A stretch of 64,000 bases of DNA. Source: Felis catus (taxonomy: Eukaryota). The stretch's first letter is position 1, and every line of letters begins with the position of its first letter. The translations under genes and the position numbers were made by a program. Positions 60,279 to 64,000 of the stretch are shown here, piece after piece. The notes under the pieces were generated by a model, which saw nothing but the letters and a program-made list of their open reading frames with translations, was not told the origin of the DNA and made no database searches. The stretch is from assembly GCF_018350175.1 (NCBI RefSeq), contig NC_058368.1:11594001-11658000 (forward strand). The letters run 5' to 3'.

Positions 60279-61305
60279 TCTCATTGTTAAAATAATCATA
60301 ACAATACCCTTGGATAAGGCATGGCAGTGTGGATTCTAATGTATTCATTAGAAATCCATAAATGCCGCTGGTGAAGGCCTCTAAGAGAGCAAGTGTTTGC
60401 CAGATGTCAGAATCCCCTCCGTAGCTACCTGGGCTTGGACCCTGTTGCTGGTCAGCTCCTCCCTGAAATCATCCCATCCTGGGCCAAAGGCAAGTCCAGT
60501 TTCACAGTGGCTCTGAGAGCAAGACTCTTACGGAGTTCAAGCAAACACTGAAAACCCTGGTTTCTGTCTGGAACAGACCCACCATCTAGTAGAAAGATAA
60601 ACTAAAGCTGCATGAAAGAAGCGTAAGAAAAAGCACAGCTATTTTACATAAAGCACTTAATTCCTAATAACTATGGAAGATGGAGCACAAATATTTAACT
60701 TCCACTCCCTCCTTGAAACCCCACTAAAATGTAAGAGGTTTTTTTTCGGGGGGGGGGCAGTTAGTTTATTATTTTTAAGCATAAGTTATAAGAAAAAAGA
60801 ATATCACAGTAACAAAAATTTGAAAACTAGAAAGCAAAGACCAAGTGTTAATTTGGCAAAAACAAATAAACAAACAAACCCAACCCCCCCCCCCCCAGAA
60901 ATCCCCTGAGTTATAGAAAGCCATGAGTCAACACAATTTACCCTGCATAACCCCTAAAATTTCAGGCACTAGAAGATTTGGGGCTGGAAGTGGGCTTTAA
61001 CAGGCAGGCCAGTGGAAAGTCTGCTTGGGAAACAAACATCCAGAGTCAGGCAATTGCTCATCCCCTCGAGAAGCCCAGAGGTTTATTCCCTGGAGAAGAT
61101 CAGACAGTATAGATAGGGTGGAGTAGGAAGTAAGATAAGACAGATCCTCCCTTTCTGAAAATAGAGGGATTAGGTAAATGCCTACTTGTTGCATAATCAC
61201 CCCCTCATTTCTGTTCTTCAAATATGAATTTTCCTATTTGAAGACTGGTCAATACAAGTAAACTAAAACAGAATTTTGAAAGGTGGTGCAATTTTGTAGA
61301 TGGTG

Positions 61306-61679
61306 CAAGACCCACGATCCCTAACCAACACCTCTGAGGTCAGATATGTTTCAGAATTCAGAAAGCACGTGTTTGCCTATTGAAGGTACACAGTATGTAT
61401 GTATGTGTATATATATAACCTCACATTCTGAGTGGGGACTGAGCACCCCATGGCAATTACCCTGTGGTAATTAAACACATTCATATTTCAGCAATGAAAT
61501 GTATGAACGGTCACACTAGGTAGGATAAATAAGGAGTAAAATTAACCTGTTTGGGCCAAGTTTTGCTGCCAAATTAGTTCTAATGCCAAACATATAAGAA
61601 ACAAAACAAACTAAAAACAACTTGTGATTTTCAAAGCCTTTTCAATTTCAGAATTTGAGAAATGGAATCATGGACCTAT
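61306..61679. mobile_element. Non-autonomous DNA transposon (MER96B-like by recall)
   Basis: Degenerate terminal inverted repeats caagacccacgatccct / ggaatcatggacct; internal cagatatgtttcagaattcaga. Confidence 0.6.
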
Positions 61680-61824
61680 ACTTGGATATAAGGCCTACCC
61701 TTCCATCCTGATGCAATTTCAAAACAAACTACTAAAGTTTTCTGTGCCTTATTTTCTTCCATATAACAAATTAAAATAGGGCAAATATCTTCAAAATTAG
61801 ATAATAAAAAGTTCAAGTTGTTAC

Positions 61825-62002
61825 CTCTTTTGTTGAGTTTTTTATTATTCAGATAACTAATCAAGAATGGTTGGACAGATTATCCAAACCAATTTTGGTA
61901 TCCAATGAGTGTATCGTTGAAAATGATCCTTTGGGCGGGCACTGGGCACTCTTTCTTGATGATTAGGGTCTTCAACAGCACGAGGAGGACTGGAGAATTC
62001 AA
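61825..62002 (-). CDS. Candidate distal exon of the N4BP2L2 long isoform (coding to TAG at 61857-61859)
   Basis: Strong acceptor (T)12gtag, open frame VEFSSPPRAVEDPNHQERVPSARPKDHFQRYTHWIPKLVWIICPTILD*, donor AAGAG|gtaaca; assignment relies on BRCA2-N4BP2L1-N4BP2L2 synteny only. Confidence 0.45.
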
Positions 62003-62449
62003 CTACAAAAAAAAAAAAACAAAAACAAACAAAACACAAGCCAAACAAGTCTAGAGAAAATGGTGACATATACAGAGTCTGGTGTCAGTTTCCCAGGCTC
62101 TTTCCATATTTAAATAAGCCACTACCCTGGTATCTAGGCCTTTACTCTGGCCCTACAATCCCCACACCCTGCTTGGTCCTGTCTCGTTGGAGAGTCAGTG
62201 TCCCCCACGCTGCCCAACCTTCTGTCTCTAAATCCAAACCTGTTCTCTGCCTCATTCCCTGAGGATCCAGCTATTTACATTATAAAGTTAATAATAAATA
62301 CACTAATTCATGCAAATGTGTTACCACGTTTATTAAGTCAATGTGTTGCTCTCCTAGGTAACACAATTTCTATTTTGCCTGGGACATTTTAAAGATGATG
62401 CTCTAACCCAAGGAGGTATTTAAAGAAATGGAATTAACCCTTCTAAGAG

Positions 62450-62640
62450 CCTATTATTTTTCAGGCACTATGTTAAGGACTTTGCACAATTATTTTGCTT
62501 AATCCTCATTTAATATTCCCATGGAAGGTTGCTATTATAAATCTATCTTCTACACATGAACAGATTGAGGCTCTGAGAGGATAATTTGTTTAAGGTTACA
62601 CAGCCAGTCAGCAATAGCTTCAGGATGGGAACCCATTCTC
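62450..62640. mobile_element. MIR
   Basis: tcaggcactatgttaaggacttt...attgaggctctgagagg...aaggttacacagccagt. Confidence 0.75.
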
Positions 62641-64000
62641 CTTCCAGCACCCTGCCCCACCTCCTTACAGGAGTGACACTAAACACCCTAGCCACCAGCA
62701 GGAAGAGAATTTTGAAATAGGCAGGGACTTGAAGTTGCCAAAGCCAACCACATTCACCTGCAACTTCCCTCCTTATACATTTCTATCTACCCCTTGAGGC
62801 CCACTAATCAGTACATTATGCCAAACACAAAACAGGGAGGCATGTTCTCATTAGAATTGTAAAAAAAAAAAAAAAAACAACAAAAAACCTGTACATAGAC
62901 ATAACACTCATCAAGTTCCCCAACAAGAAAAGATGAATAATTAATAATTAGGGGTGACTGCTCTGCAGGAGACCAGAGGGCAGTTTAGCACAAAGATGGA
63001 AGAGGATGGTCCAAGAAGTGTCCTTGACACAAAACATCCAAATTTAGCTGACAGAAAAGACCCCAAGTTGGCCACAGCCAAATATGTCCATTCTTGTCAC
63101 ACGCTGCTTACAGTGGTGTCACGCTGGGGCTGCCATATGTGGAGGGAGGTGCTGGGGGTGGGGGGGAAGGAAAACACTCCCTTCCTAACTTGGTCCTAAC
63201 GTAAACGCCATGGCAGTTTTCACTGCTATAGCCTCTGTCTATATAGTACAATGTTAGAATTGAGGCAACACAATATTTGTCAAATGAATAAGTGAATTTC
63301 TTTACCTCCTTTCTCTGGAATTCCTCATAGCCTCGTATCCTTTCTCAGACTACTTTTATCCCACGTTTTCAGGTGGCCCCTTCAAATCCCTAAACTCTTC
63401 TCCCAAACCTCTTGTCCTTCTCCTTCTTCTTGCAGCAGAACCAGTTTTAAAACAAACAAAAACATTTTTTACCGAGTATATGTGTATTTCTAGCAGAGGA
63501 ATGGAAACAGAAACCTCTTAGAAATACGAGTTAAAATGAAGAAAGAAAACATATGGGTAAATGCAGAGTGCATTCAATTCTTATCAAATGCAGACACATA
63601 TACACTAAAATCATAGCAGCTGTGTTTATTTCATAATTTAGGCATTTTGAAAAAAGTGCAATGTATTTATTTTAATGTCAGCTTGATGTCAAGTTTAAAA
63701 TATAACATGAGTTTGTCTCCATGTTTTACCTCCTTTCCTAGAGAATCTCCTAATATTTAAATATAACCTATATCCCTAATTCCCAGCTCTCGTCACATAA
63801 CAATCTGGGGCAAAGGGACGGGGGTGGTAATCCCTCATAAACTGTGTGTTAACAGAACGCTGTAAAATATGTTCTAACCAATAAAGTTGGCAAATAAATT
63901 TGGTAACAACCATCTAAGCTTTGTTGTATTTCACAAAAAGATCTACATTTAAAGGAAATAGAAAATCACATGTGCACTAGCACACAGGGTTGCTATGGTA

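Overview
Felid (cat-family) genomic DNA. The genus or species cannot be fixed from the sequence alone; the assignment rests on about 21 Can-SINE/SINEC_Fc copies and carnivore L1. The + strand carries the 3' third of BRCA2: the end of exon 18 plus exons 19-27 in human numbering. All have GT-AG boundaries, the frame is unbroken and the stop is at 23010-23012. The - strand carries the complete convergent gene N4BP2L1 (5 coding exons, 243 aa, P-loop kinase fold, CpG-island promoter at ~55.1-56.6 kb). Near the right end are candidate distal exons of the syntenic N4BP2L2 gene. The rest is intronic DNA rich in L1, L2, MIR, LTR, DNA-transposon and SINE relics. I see no prokaryote-like or clearly new multi-gene system. 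The most interesting structures are: (i) a 69-nt alternative N4BP2L1 exon only 49 nt from exon 4, which would switch the last exon into a second reading frame; (ii) felid retroelements inserted right beside the BRCA2 exon 24 donor and exon 25 acceptor, plus a SINE-derived poly(A) signal before exon 22; (iii) a multi-layer nested retrotransposon block at 37.4-46.9 kb with a twin-priming L1 inversion and an unidentified TSD-flanked 265-bp insert. Comparisons with human proteins and repeat family names come from recall and need alignment to confirm.
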